NCBI RefSeq assembly: GCF_006345805.1
Contig: NC_043000.1
Location: 70,246,001 to 70,310,000 of the forward strand
Reading direction: 5' to 3'
Origin: Octopus sinensis
Taxonomy: Eukaryota
DNA length: 64,000 nucleotides
The stretch's first letter is position 1, and the number at the start of each line of letters is the position of its first letter. A model generated the notes under the pieces. That model searched no databases and was not told where the DNA came from. It was given only the letters and a program-made list of their open reading frames with translations. This document shows positions 49,390 to 63,305 of the stretch, in pieces. Both the position numbers and the translations under genes were made by a program.

Positions 49390-50348
49390 AGGAGCGGGTG
49401 TTTAGGAATTCTCTGTTACATCAAGCTAAAAAATTTGCGCCAGCCTTTTAATCGTCAATGTGTTGCCGTCCATGATGAAAAAGTTTTGAATGCTTGCCAT
49501 GGTGAGTCTACTGTCGTGAGAAAGAATCAATTCAAAACTTGGTGTTTAGGGATTTTCTTTTACATCAAGTTCAAAATTTTACGCCAGCCGTTAAACTGTC
49601 AAAACGTTGCTGTCCGTCGGTAAGAAATGCCAGCCATGGTGACTCTACTATCCTCAGATTCTATCCCTTCAAACTTTGGTTTCCAATATTTTTTTATTTT
49701 TATTCAGCTCGCAAGTTCGTCAGTCCCTTTTAAATGTTAGTGTTTTGCTGTCTGCCTTGAAGCAGACCTTTCCGTTGTTACTGCCTGATATTTATGATTG
49801 ATCTTTCTAAATATTTTATTTCTCAACTTACTCAAGATCTTTTGTTGTTTATAAATGGGAGAGAGATAGATAAAGATAGAGAGTAAGAGAAAGCGAGGGA
49901 GAGTCCGAGAGAAAAGAAAAGTAAGAGAGTGGGAAAGTGAGAGAGAAAGGAGAGAAACAAAGAGGAAGAATCATCAGCATCATCATCGTTTAACGTCCGT
50001 TTTCCGTGCTAGCACGGGTTGGACAGTTTGACCGGGGTCTGGGAAGCCAGGAGGCTACACCAGGCTCCAGTCTGATCTGGCAGTGTTTCTACAGGTGGAT
50101 GCCCTTCCTAACGCCAACCACTCTGTGAGCGTAGTGGGTGCTTTCTTCGTGCCGCCAGCACAGGTGCCAGGAGGGCTGGCAGCGGCCACGATCGGTTGGT
50201 GCTTTTTACGTGCCACCGGCACGGAAGCCAGTCAAGGCGGCGCTGCAATCGGCCACGTTCGGATGGTGCTTTTTACGCGCTGAAAGGAAGCAACAGAAAG
50301 TAACAACCACACTCTTACCCGCGCGTAGAGCGGGTCACCTTCAGCTAG
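49390..50348 (+). mobile_element. Helitron-like element (3' terminus clear, 5' end not identified) with internal tandem of about 143 bp
   Basis: ACCCGC-GCGTAGA-GCGGGT hairpin at 50317-50335, then CTAG|T at 50345-50348; repeat units start near 49398 and 49541. Confidence 0.65.
49975..50280 (-). mobile_element. SINE 3' part with (GAT)n tail and internal repeats of about 55 bp
   Basis: Minus strand GTTGGCGTTAGGAAGGGCATCCACCTGTAGAAAC...GGACGTTAAACGATGATG; repeated GGTGCTTTTTACGTGCC units. Confidence 0.7.
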
Positions 50349-50815
50349 TTAATATATAAATATGTACATATTTATACTTAAATATTCATCTTATTCTAAA
50401 ATCCATGAAACTCAATCCTGAAGGAAGAAGCGATTGTCTTTCATGTACAGGCGAAGCAATGTAGATACTAAATTTTTATCCTACTTCTTTGATTAATAAG
50501 AAGCATAAGATATACACCTACCATTTAAATATTTTTTATCTTTTCTGATAAACTTAAACGAAGAAATAAAAACTGACTTGCTGTTCATGAAATGATTGAT
50601 AACAGCTGAAACGAGAAACAATACAAAAAGATTTCAAAAATTTGATCTGCTGGTGTAGGATGATCTTTAGATATTCTTATACATTGTTTCTGCTTATATA
50701 ATTAAGTTATCATTATATTTTGTTACTATTCCATTTTAATTTATTTCATCTATTATTTTATAGCCTTAATTGTAATATTTTATTAACTAATTTTCTTATT
50801 TTAAAATAATTATTA

Positions 50816-50873
<58 letters not shown>

Positions 50874-51419
50874 GGGTGAGAGAGCAGTACATACCGTCCA
50901 AATGATACTGGGGTAAAATATACAAAGCCCAGTATACCCATCATGGCTACCCGTCTGATAAGGATACACCAGGTACATGCATTACAACTATATGTGCGGG
51001 AAATGGGGATCTCATATCAAGATAAACAGCGCATGACCTTGCAGGCGGGGCTCGGTTAGAATTTTCGTCAGGTCGAGTAGCTCATTCCACTCAAAACTCC
51101 CTGAATAAGGGTTGTGTAAGGATGTTGAACGAAACACCCAGTGTTTCCAGAAGTGAATTATTCAAACGCCAAAGAATTCCTCTCGACACATGGCTATGAT
51201 GCTCCCGCACTACTTCTGCTCGTGATCAGAGATACACATTTCGTCAATCACGAGGGGACATGCTGAACTGATTATGGTCAAACAACTGACAAACAAATCT
51301 ATGGTATTGAGCAGAATATTTGCTCTGGCCCGTCCTTTATACCAAGACAAAAGATGTACAAGATAACACTTCTAATCAATTAAGACCAGAAGCCATGAGA
51401 TCCATTGCCTACTACTGCA
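50874..51419 (-). repeat. Unclassified repeat of about 550 bp associated with (AAT)n (diverged copy)
   Basis: Reverse complement of 62759-63305; abuts (TTA)n. Confidence 0.85.
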
Positions 51420-51433
51420 TTACGGCATTTACT

Positions 51434-51472
<39 letters not shown>

Positions 51473-51497
51473 TTCATCATCGTTCAGTAGTCTTCTT

Positions 51498-51701
51498 TTT
51501 CAGTTCTATATTTAAGAGATGAGGAATTATGTACATTATTTACAATTGACGGATATTTGTCCTCATCTTGTTTTTTGTTAACACAACGTTTCGGCGGATA
51601 TACCCACCAACAATCATCAGGCGTCTTGGGGAAATTTCGAACCTGGGTTCTTATTCCTAAGGTATTTTTCGATGTTGTTGTTATTGTTGTTATTATTATT
51701 A

Positions 51702-51764
<63 letters not shown>

Positions 51765-51830
51765 TCGCCACCTGGAATCGAACTCGGAATCTTGGGGTTA
51801 GTAGCCCGCGCTCTTAACCACTACGCCGCG
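51498..51830 (-). mobile_element. tRNA-headed SINE-like element with hammerhead-containing tail
   Basis: Minus strand: GGCGTAGTGGTTAAGAGCGCGGGCTACTAACCCC...GAGTTCGATTCC (A/B boxes), (AAT)n linker, then ACGC-CTGATGA...GGTGGG-TATA-TCCGCC-GAAA-CG-TT-GTGT. Confidence 0.7.
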
Positions 51831-54800
51831 GGCATATGGCGTAGTTTTACATTTGCCATGTAAAAACTTCATTTTTTTCTTGCTATTGTTTTATCATGCC
51901 GTTTTGTAGTTTCAGTTCTAGTTTGGAGTTTAGCTACTTTACATGTTTTGTGTTTCCTCTTTCTCTTCATCGGTGTTAAATGTTATGACCTCTGTTTTGT
52001 ATTTTTTTTTTTTGGCTTCTTTGTTCTATTCCAGTTCTTAATATTCTTTTACCGTTTTGAGATTGTGTCTCCTTAAGTGTTGCACCTGTTAATTCTCTCG
52101 CCATATTTTACATTCTCAGGGCTTATATTGTTAAATATTTTGTGAGCGTTATTTGTTTTTGTAACGCAATCTTTCTTTTAAACATTCTATTACAATTTCT
52201 GATGTTTTTTTCGTTTTGAGAATGTCTCTCCTTTAAGTTAGCTAGTTTCAGCAATATATCTAGACCGGGGTTATTTTTCTTCTAAATTTTACATAAATGC
52301 ACTGTTTTATTTTCGCTTTGTGGATAGGTACCGATGAAAAATTAGTATATAGACTAGAAATATATTCCCCCTTCTATCTATTTATGTTTTTTTCGGATTT
52401 CACTTGCGAGGCGTGAGGAATAATGTCCAGTCTTCAATTATTTCCTATTTGTAGGAGATGGCCTGCTCGTTTCTGGCGTAATTTTTCTTACTTTTGTGCA
52501 ATAAGTACACATTTCCGTTTATCCTTGGGCTAAATAATAAGGGGGTTATTTGGATTATTCTTCATTTCTTGTGTTTGATGGTGGGGACAGAGCCAGTCTG
52601 TCGTTGATATGAACCATGTTCCTGCGATCATGTTTACACATGTAAAAATGTTGGATTTTGTAAACATTTGTAATACATCATTTAAGTCAGTCTAGTAATT
52701 AGAAATATATTTTAATGAATTTACTCAGTTACGTTTTTACGGTTTCATTTTTTTCTCGATGATATTGAATAATTTTCGGAGAGTTTTTTTCTTAATTCTT
52801 CCAACCACTTCAAGTATTTCAAGTTTTCAACAGATTTCTTTTCAAATTTTCGACACTGGTTTTAAATGCTGATGACGAAAATCACACTCATTACTTTTTT
52901 ATAGAAATCAATAATAAAAATGTTACAAGCATACCGGAAATTAAAACAGCCTGTCTCCAAGGGAACACAGTAGTATGATAAAATATAAAACGCCTCACAT
53001 CGATACAAAATGTACTTTCTCTTTTTTATGATAAAATTGTAAACAAAGATTAAAAGAAAACAGTGACGGTAGACAAAGGATTGGTTACAATCTTGTTATT
53101 GTATGAAGTGTAGTGTTGATGACAATAATGACGATGGTATTTTTTTGGAGAAGGGCATTAACACTATACTTCATTCACCAACTATTCCCAACGAAGCTCC
53201 CAATCAAATACAAAATTCTGTCGCAGCATAACGATCCTGTCGTGTGCAATACTATATTATACACTATATAGTATCGGATTCTATGTACATCCCCAACTAC
53301 CAACCATATTCTACTCCTAGATGATATTTATTATGCATTTCGTTCAAATATTTCTTTCTTTCTGTCAGATCAATCACTGTATCACTATAACTAGATTTCT
53401 GTCACTTCTGTTTTATTCTTCGCAGTTTCTATCTTCCTTTCTCTTTCTGTTTTGTTTTTGTCATCGGAGAAGTTCACTTGTTTTACTATATTGTCCATCC
53501 TTCCTTCTTCTCTACTTTGTTTTCTTAAATTTCAGTCATTGTGATTGGTGTGAGTAAAGATGAGCTACGTTAAAGCTACAGATTTGTATAGGATAATCTT
53601 GCATCAATTACAAACACTTCAGGAAAACAGTTACATCATTTCCTATGAAACGTGGGTGGAAAAAAAACAAGTAATTTCTGATTTTTTTGTTTCTTCCTAA
53701 TTATTTGAAACCATAACATTGGAAGCACTGCATCATCATTATGTACTCTTGTATCATCTTTGGGGGTAAAACTTAATCAGCATCGATGTTGTTTTTGAAG
53801 TTGAAAGATTTTGAAACATAGTTTGGTGATCGGTACTTTGCTTTTCAAGAAATGTTTCTTCAACTTTGACCCGATTGTAATTCAGATTGATAATAAAATA
53901 TCTCGATTATTTTGGTGTTTAACAATCAATATTCTTTTCCTTACTGGGCTGCAAGCCAGACACTAATGTCTAATTTGATCATTTTCAATTTTCAAAACAT
54001 GATTCTAATGTGGGGCAAAACGAGTAATGACTCATTTCAATTTCTTCTCTTTAATTGTATGGTGCATAAAGAAATCAGGAAGAGAGCCACTCCAGGAGAT
54101 CGAGAAGAGGCTATGGAGAATATTTTATGTTGAGCTTTTAAATTTAATCGAGTTTTGTTAACTTAATATCGTGCCCTTTTCCTATGATCCTCTTCCATTT
54201 GCCCAAAATATTTCAAATTTTTGTTGCATTTCTGTCTTAAGGATAGATATTAAAGCGTATGAGACTTTTCTCAAATATAATTCTGGAGAATTGAAGAGGT
54301 AAATTTACCTTATTTTGTTTAACTTATTTTTCCCCCACATAAATTTGGGTTTTGTATGCTCAAAGAAAACGAAGATAATTTTTTTTGAAATAGTGTTCTG
54401 AACATGTTAAAATACTTTTAACGCATTTAGAGAAGGTCATTTGCATAGCTGATATAATTTTTGTAAGGTAGTGAACATTTGTATTTTTCTTCTCAAAGTC
54501 AAAATTGCAGTAAATCTTACTCGTTGTGCTCCTTCCTCACTCCCACCCCAATATAAGTGGGATCTGTAGCATATTAGACAAAACACATTTTAGACGATAA
54601 TTAATGGGTTTTTCTTACATCATGGAATTACAAAATATATTTCTGGGACAGTATCTATTAACTTGACTGTCTTGGCGGCCTAAGTTCAAGTTATGCATTT
54701 CCAGTTGTAGCGATACAGGTACGATCAATAGAAAATTGAGGGTCATTTTTCTCTCTTCAAGTCATCAGTGTTTATTAGTATCTCCTTGATTTTAAACCAG

Positions 54801-55249
54801 AATTTGTATGTTCTCGCTTTCTTTACTGTATATGAGTTAAAATAAGCAAATTATTAGCATAATGTATGCTATCTATTGATAAAATTTTACTTTTTACCTA
54901 GAAACAAGTCCTCAAATTTGAAGAACTCGAATAAAAGCTACTGCAAATTTATCAGGCTTTTGAGAAGAGGTACGACGCCATTTTCCTAGACCGACGTTTT
55001 GTTTCCAGATCATAAAGATACGCCCATGTTTCACCTCCTGGCACCCTATCAGAAATATGTGTCATAATTAACTTCAAACACTTCCAGCAGATCAGAGTAT
55101 ACCTGTTGAAAATTTATTAGTGACGTAATTCAAGAAGTGTGGTCACGACTATGAAACAAAACCAGATCGTGAAAGATATTACTTCTTCTGTGCTTAATTA
55201 CTTGTATTCATTAATTAATATTGAAGTCACTGGGTCGTATGTTGAGAGT

Positions 55250-56452
55250 ATAACCTCTTTATAGAATGGCTTCATACACTGATACTGCACTTTATCTTCA
55301 ATACTGAATGAGCGCATTTATAACAGTGTTCCTTCATATCATATTTAGAAGATTCCATAATAAAACAGAAGTGCTATTATGATAGAAAATTAGACTGTGT
55401 TCAAATAATCTAATGATTCATTTTCTTTGATGTATTAAAATACAAGACATAAACTATATCACGCGTTTGAAGGGTACATCGCTCATGAAATATATGATTA
55501 ATCATTATTATAGATTTTCCATGAGATAACCACTATTGATACATTCTTTTTTTCTTTCCTTTTTGTATTTGTATTATTAAATTAGTCTTAGATATTTTAC
55601 AGAGAAGATTTATAACAAAAGATTTGTGATAGGCATAAATTTAAAAGGATAGAAAAGAACAGAGCTTAATACCACCATAAAACGAATAGATAAAATTGAC
55701 ACTAGATACTACATGCTAGATAACTCATATATACAAGTAGTTTCGAAAGAGTAGGATAGATCGTGGATCATTGGAAAATGTCAAAATTGATGAGAAGTTT
55801 ATGAATAATGTTGTGTTGTTATTGTAATCAGCTTCGATCCAGCAGACTCATGATTAAAAGTGTTCCACTGAACGCCATCCCTTCTTTTGTCGGACAGTAG
55901 ATGTGGGATTAATTTTCCCATTGTCCCTTTTGCCTTTTTAAGGCAGTAGGATAGTATTTGAGGAAGATTTATGTACTATTTGTAGCAAGTCCGACAACCA
56001 CGTAGAGAGTATTATCGGTGAGTCTAAAAATATAATATTTTATTTTACCCAATTTTGATGAAGTCATATGTATCTAAATATATGTGTCTGTACATACATA
56101 CATACATACATACATACATACATACATACATACATACATACATACATACATTACATACATACATACATACATATATACATACATACATACATACATACAA
56201 ACATACATACATACATACATACATACATACATAGAAATTCCAATGAAGGAACCTTGGATCTAGGTTAGAAACCAGTTCTTTCTCTATTGGCAACCAATCT
56301 TGAAATAAACTGAATAATGACCTACATGCGTATGTTGAAAGTATAATCTTTTATAGAATGGCTTCATACACTGATACTGCACTTTGTCTTCAATACTGAA
56401 TGAGCGCATTTATAACAGTGTTTCTTCATATTATATTTAGAATATCCCATAA
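55250..56452 (+). repeat. Direct repeat of about 115 bp (55250-55370 and 56337-56452) bracketing 1 kb of repeat debris
   Basis: ATAGAATGGCTTCATACACTGATACTGCACTTT.TCTTCAATACTGAATGAGCGCATTTATAACAGTGTT is present twice. Confidence 0.9.
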
Positions 56453-57339
56453 TCACATATATGTCTGTGACAGTGTCTCTGTGTGTAGAGAGATAGCATA
56501 CACTTGAACTTTAAATATTACACTCGGGCTTTACTCCAATAACGTATACTCCTAAACTTTTTTTCGCAAACAAATCTTGTAATATGAGTCATAATCATTT
56601 AGTTTTACTATATAACGGTGTTGCAAATGCAAACAAACTTGGAAATGCTTAGATTTCTGAAACAATGCGATATCGAAACTCACTAAATTATACAATATAC
56701 AAAGGTCATCCCGAAAGAAACTCAACAGTAAGAAAATCTTTTTCTTAACACACATACGTCATTCGAACTGCAAATATTAGAAGGATAAATCTTCTTCTAT
56801 AGTAACAATAGATTATTGCAAGCAAAAACTAGCTTTCTAACACTACATGGAACCGCAAAAGAAACGCGATTCTGTCATATGTCATTTTTATATGGTAAAT
56901 TCTGAAAATTTATTTCGGAGATGTAAGTGTAAATATTCCAAGACATGCTTGTTTATGGCTGAGATCCAAATTACAGGTAACCTTTCAACTTACCCTGAAA
57001 CGAGAGGTCATAACGCAGCTGTGTTAAATGCCGTGGGTAGCAGTCGCAAGTAATTGTCATGAAAACCGAAATACACTTGCATCTCGTGGAGGTTATGGGT
57101 ATAAAAATCAACTTGAACCGCGTTCCAGGCATTCGAATTTTCTTACTTTTTGAGTTCGGACGAGGTGTTTCAAAGTTCCAAGGCTGGTAAGCTAAATTGC
57201 TTGTTGTCTCACGTTATAGCGTTTGTTAAATTTGTTGTTGTGCTTTAAAACACCTTGTTTCTCCTGCGTGAGAGGAATTGTCGTCGTTGTCCCTGCCCCT
57301 TGTTTGATGGAGGGAAACGTTTGATATTTATCATGAAGA

Positions 57340-58520
57340 CCAATGTCGAGGATATTGACTCTTCCAACATGGATTCGTAGGAGAATGAGCTCCTACAATG
57401 TGTGAACAGCATGGAGGAGGAACTGAGGAAGAAAAAGGCGGCGGGTGAAAAGAAGAGTTTTGCGGCTGCGGCCGGTTTAGAAAGGAAAAATTTGGAAGTT
57501 GGTAACGAACAAATTAAAGAAATACCAAAGCATGTTGTATAGGGAGGGGCAGGAAATAAGATTGTCCCCTCCCAGTAAAGTGGCTCAGAGTGTAACCAAG
57601 GAAACGGTAATATTCAAAAGTTTTAACAGAAAGGAAAAAGCCATCAACGTGGCTGAAAGAAGAGAACTCTAAAAGTGCTTGGCTCCCATCTGGTCAGATA
57701 TAACATATCTGGCCAGGGGAACCAAATTCGCAACAGTGGAAATGAGGTTTCCCACCGAAGAGAAAACCGGGCAACACTCCGTGTTCACGTTGACAACAGA
57801 GAATATAATTCGCCTACCTTCTTACCTTGGAAGGCGGGCTTCCATGGTAAGGGTGGAGGAGATACCACCGGAAGTGGATGTTACCTAGCTGATTGTGGCC
57901 GTAGAATTGGGCCTGGAGGAGAAAGTAGCAATCCTCCAGGCCGTGAGCGTGCCATCTCGGAAATGGATGTGGCAAGGCCTGGAAATGGTCATCTAGGCTG
58001 CCCCAGAAGATTTGGACATGATAGTGGACACCATTGTGGTGGATGAAAAGATTGAGAGTTACGGCGGAGGGCTGAAAGCTCCGATGTTTTAACTGTGGCA
58101 AGATGGGCCACATAAGAGCTGAGTGCCCTCCTAACCTTGTAAAGATTCGAGTGGTTCAACCAGTTGGAACTGTACTTCCACCCAGTACAAAATGAGGATA
58201 CATGTAAACAAGAGGAAGCAGTGAAAGAAAGGACTGCCAGAACAAAAAGGAAGGAAACGAACGAAGAGACAACATGCCAGTGACGAAAATCCCCAACCCG
58301 ATTCCACCCCATCCTAACCCTGCCCCCGCATGCACCATCCACCGCCTTGCACTGCCAAATGCTGACTCTGACCTTAACCCAACAAAAGAACGAGCAAGCA
58401 GACATGAACCGAAAATTCTCCAGCCCCCACCCCTTGAAAAGTGTTATATTGTAATATTCTGTAGGTCGACTAAAAAGTTTGCGGAGGAGAGGGACAGAAT
58501 GGAGAAGGGCGTGACGGTGT
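57340..58520 (+). pseudogene. Decayed gag-like / LINE ORF1 with CCHC zinc knuckle
   Basis: GC-richer coding-like tract; CFNCGKMGHIRAEC (C-x2-C-x4-H-x4-C) near 58085-58128; stops and frameshifts; no adjoining RT seen. Confidence 0.7.
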
Positions 58521-58969
58521 GAGATGCTGATGACTACTTTGATAACGCAAGTGGCGTAGTTATTAGTAGAGATCATCTTAAAGAAGTAAAAAAGAAGTAT
58601 GAGCCGGCCGATCATTGATGAGTGGTCAATAGAAATTGACAGTGCAGTCGATCAAAAACCTCAGTTTACACGATTACAATTTTTTAAAAAAAGAGGACTT
58701 TAATGAACTCGTGTGGAAATTGAGGCAGCTTTCCTCAGGTCGTGGGCACAGATGTCAATGGCTTTTGTGAACTGCCTCATGCACTCCACGTACCGATGGT
58801 GTGTGGTCGTTTTGAACACTGAGGGAGGGTATATACGGTATTGAACATGTCACACCCTACGATCTCGATGTGCTACCAGAACACATGACAACGACCCATA
58901 TACTGTTGTCAAAGTGCATTCAAGAAATTGACTTTATCAGATTTATCAAAATTTATCTCTGACATAATG

Positions 58970-59900
58970 AAATTAAAACATATTTCAGAGTCACACTTGA
59001 CCCGCGTTTCTTTTGCGGCTCAATGTAGTAACGTATGCCACTGAGTTCTTAACGAAGAAAGTGTAGGCTGTTCGACATCCACAGAAGGCCACAGGTTATT
59101 TACAGGAACACAATGTACACAGATGAATGATGTTTAATGATAGGAAAATCAGCATTGAAGACAAACCATTGAGTGGATGACCTCAGCCGCAACCACTAAC
59201 GTGAATTGTCAACGATTGGACAAATTGATTCACGTGGGCATATGGGTCATATTCTGTCAACTTTCTCCAAACTAGACTGTGATCACAGTGCGTTACAGAA
59301 AGTGATGGAAAGCTTTTGGTATCAGAAAGTATGTTTTAAGTGGACAACTAGTGACTTGACACGCAATTTGAAGAAGAAAAGTGAAGTCTACTTTGATCTG
59401 TTATTTTTGATAGGGTAATAGGGGTGAAACGTGAGCACATTTTTATGATCCGGAGACAAAGGTTCAGTCTAGGGAATGGTGTCTCCTTAATTTTCTGGAA
59501 CATATTCTGTAGCGTGTACACACAGTACACTGAGGTACTCAAAAGCCTTAGAAAAGTAATCAGTAGATAAATATCGAACAAAAGTCTGGAAATGGTTCAT
59601 ATTCACAATGACAATGTGTGACCACACGCATCTTTGGCAACAAATCAGGCAATCAGTAAATTAGGCTGATCAATGATCCCTATCCATTGTAAAACCTTGT
59701 TGTGGTGCCCTCCGACGTACGCTTTTCTGGTCTGTGTCATCAAATTGTTGACTTCAGGGATGACGCAAACAAGATAAAAGTGACAGTGTAGGAGTGGATA
59801 CAACGGTGTACATCTGAATGTCTTCAAAGGAAATTTGAGATTTGGGTTGAACGATAATAGAAATACATCGCTTGTAATATATACTATGTTAAGTAGAACT
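58970..59900 (+). mobile_element. Highly decayed mariner
   Basis: RKISIEDKP.SG, KVCFKW, YDPETKVQSREW, IHNDN. Confidence 0.65.
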
Positions 59901-60050
59901 TTGTATAGAGAAAGAGTTACTCTACCAGAAAATGCAATAGGAACGAAATCTACCGACTAATAAAAATGTTAAGCACATTTTTGCACTACTTTCAGCAGTC
60001 TTTCTTTGAAGAGATTTTTGCCGTTGAGAAAACTTCACAAATAGAGAATG

Positions 60051-61503
60051 TTATCGAAGAGTGAGAGCAATACTCAAGACAGAGCTGAATGCAAGAAACA
60101 GGATCGAAGCGATCAATGCATTAGCCATACCAGTCGTGACTTACAGTATCAATATCGTTAACTGGTCAATTAATGAAATATGTCAGCTTGACAGAAAAAT
60201 ACGAAAACTGTTGACAATGCATAGAATGCACCACCCTAAGGCAGATACAGAACGACTTTATCTGCCAAGAAAAGAGGGAGGCCGTGGTCTTTTACAACTG
60301 GCAATAACAATGAAGATTGCTACAATTGGCGTAGACACCTACCTGAAAAAGTCTGAGGACTGGATGTTAAAACTTGTCTCAAAACATGAAAACAAGAAAG
60401 CATCATACTCAGTAACAAAACAGGCAAAGGAATATCTAAGTGAATTCCGAATACAAGAGATTTCGGAATTAGAGATAGACATACAAGAAACAAGCACAGA
60501 AAAAGCTAAGCGCATGAAAACCCGTGCTAAATCTGCGGCCTTAGATATTCTGAATGATAAATGGCAAGAAAAACCTCTCTATGGCAAATACCCAAAGAGA
60601 GCAAATAATGCAGATGTTGACAAAGCCCTGACCCATCAATGGCTAATGGCCTCTGGTTTAAAATCTGAAACAGAGGGGTTTATCATAGCAGCTCAAGATC
60701 AATGCCTACTAACAAGAAACTACCAGGCCAACATATTAAAGATCAGAAGCAGTCCAACGTGTCGTGTATGCCAGCAACAAAATGAAACCATTGATCATGT
60801 GGTCTCCAAGTGCAGTCTTCTAGCGCCTACAGAGTATCTCAACAGGCACGATAGAGCTGCACAATATATTCACTGGGTAATCTGCAAAAACCTGGATTTG
60901 CCCCATGAAAAAACTGGTGGGAACACAAACCACCCCCAGTGCTTGAAAATGACCATATCTCACTCCTCTGGAACTTCACCATTCAAACTGACAGAAAGAT
61001 AGACGCGAATAGGCCAGACATCATATTGAAAGACTTCAAACAAAGAACATGCCTCCTCATTGATATGACTGTCCCAATCGATATAAACGTATCTGTCAAG
61101 ACCTACCAAAAACTGAGCAAATATAAAGGTCTTGAAATAGCAATCAGCAAAATGTGGAACCTGAAGACTAAAACAATACCTGTTGTCATAGGTGCCCTGG
61201 GAATGATAGCAAAAGGGGCTGATTGCTACCTAACTCAGATACCAGAAATTCAAATAGCAGAAATTCAAAAGATAGTGCTCATGGGAACTGCTCATATCCT
61301 ACACGAAATGCTTTCTATGTAATCTCAAGGTTTAAAACAAATATAATTTTCGGTTTTAATCATTAGTACAACACCAACCCCAACACCCCAAATATATGGC
61401 ACACTAGGCATAACAACAACATGAACTTCCAACATGTTGTCTATTGAGGTCTCTGGGTGAGAATTGGAGCCAAGTTGTACAAATATAAAGCAGAAGTCAA
61501 ACA
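60051..61503 (+). mobile_element. 5'-truncated R4/Dong-clade LINE (RT C-terminus, CCHC, restriction-like endonuclease) ending in (ATA)n
   Basis: RLYLPRKEGGRGL, CRVC...ETIDHVVSKC, RHD, NRPDII, IDMTVP, K.KY; one frameshift near 60910. Confidence 0.92.
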
Positions 61504-61504
61504 T

Positions 61505-61740
<236 letters not shown>

Positions 61741-62023
61741 GAGGTAACTAGAATGTGGAACCTGAAAACAGAAACAATTCCTATCATAGTAGGTGCATTA
61801 GGCATGATAAAAAAATATTCAGACAAATACATAACAAAAATACCAGGACTTACAAACACATATAACATACAGAAAATTGCACTACTAGGCACTGCACACA
61901 TCCTACGCAGAACACTTTCCATACAATAACCATCAGCGCATCACAACAAATCACAGCACATACCCAAGGCACACAGAGCTGCGCTCGGTAGTGAAGTGAA
62001 AGCACGCTATAAAAATAAAACTA

Positions 62024-62026
<3 letters not shown>
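61741..62026 (+). mobile_element. Short 3' fragment of a second R4/Dong family inserted in (AAT)n
   Basis: EVTRMWNLKTETIPIIVGALG...LLGTAHILRRTLS; 3' UTR differs from that of 60051-61503. Confidence 0.85.
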
Positions 62027-62076
<50 letters not shown>

Positions 62077-62078
<2 letters not shown>

Positions 62079-62586
62079 CAGTACGAGGCAGTGGCTCTCA
62101 TGGCTTCTGATCTTAACTGATTGGAAGTGTTATCATGTACATTGTTTTGTCTTGGTATAAAAGATGGGCTACAGCAAATATTCTGCTCAATACCACAGAT
62201 TTGCTTGTCAGTTGTTTGACCTTAACCAGTTGAGCATGTCCCTTAGTGGCTGACGATATGTGCATCTCTGATCACGAGCAGAAGTAGTGGGGGTTTGAAT
62301 AATTCACCTCTGGAAACATGGGTGGTTCTTTCAACATCCTTAAACAATCCTTATTCAGGGACCTTTTGAGCGGGATGGGCTACTCAACCTGAAGAAATTT
62401 CTAACTGGGCCGCACCTGCAAGGTCATGAGCTGTTTATCTTGATATGAGATCACCATGTCGCGCACATATGGTTGTGATGCATGTGCCTGGTGTACCCTT
62501 CTCAGACGGGTAGTCATGATGGGTATATTGGGCTTCGTATATTTTACCCCAGTGTCACTTTGATGGCATGAACTGCTCTCTCACTC
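62077..62586 (+). repeat. (AAT)n-flanked repeat of about 550 bp (copy with an internal deletion of about 37 bp)
   Basis: Matches 62759-63305. Confidence 0.9.
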
Positions 62587-62599
62587 AATAATAATAATG

Positions 62600-62732
<133 letters not shown>

Positions 62733-62758
62733 TAATAATAATAATAATAATAATAATA

Positions 62759-63305
62759 TGCAGTACCAGGCAGTGGCTCTCATGGCTTCTGATCTTAACT
62801 GATTGGAAGTGTTATCATGTACATTGTTTTGTCTTGGTATAAAAGATGGGCTACAGCAAATATTCTGCTCAATACCACAGATTTGCTTGTCAGTTGTTTG
62901 ACCTTAACCAGTTGAGCATGTCCCTTAGTGGCTGACGATATGTGCATCTCTGATCACGAGCAGAAGTAGTGGGGGAGCATCATAGCCATGTGTTGAGAAG
63001 GATTCTTTGGGGTTTGAATAATTCACCTCTGGAAACATGGGTGTTTCGTTCAACGTCCTTAAACAACCCTTATTCAGGGACCTTTTGAGCGGGATGGGTT
63101 ACTCGATCTGAAGAAAATTCTAACTGGGCTCCACCTGCAAGGTCATGTGCTGTTTATCTTGATATGAGATCACCATGTCGCGCACATATGGTTGTGATGC
63201 ATGTGCCTGGTGTACCCTTATCAGACGGGTAGTCATGATGGGTATACTGGGCTTCGTATATTTTACCCCAGTGTCACTTTGATGGCATGCTCTGCTCGCT
63301 CACTC
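62759..63305 (+). repeat. (AAT)n-flanked repeat of about 550 bp
   Basis: TGCAGTACCAGGCAGTGG...CTCACTC between AAT tracts. Confidence 0.9.

Noticed and set aside
51762-51830. tRNA gene (apparent ACT anticodon)
   Set aside because: T-arm and acceptor stem do not pair properly and no terminator follows; interpreted as a SINE head.
52560-52650. SVPTI motif suggesting a THAP domain
   Set aside because: Single short motif; the Cys/His ligands are not found in frame.
54995-55065. TTTTGTTTCCAG acceptor with a short open frame
   Set aside because: No strong donor or recognisable peptide.
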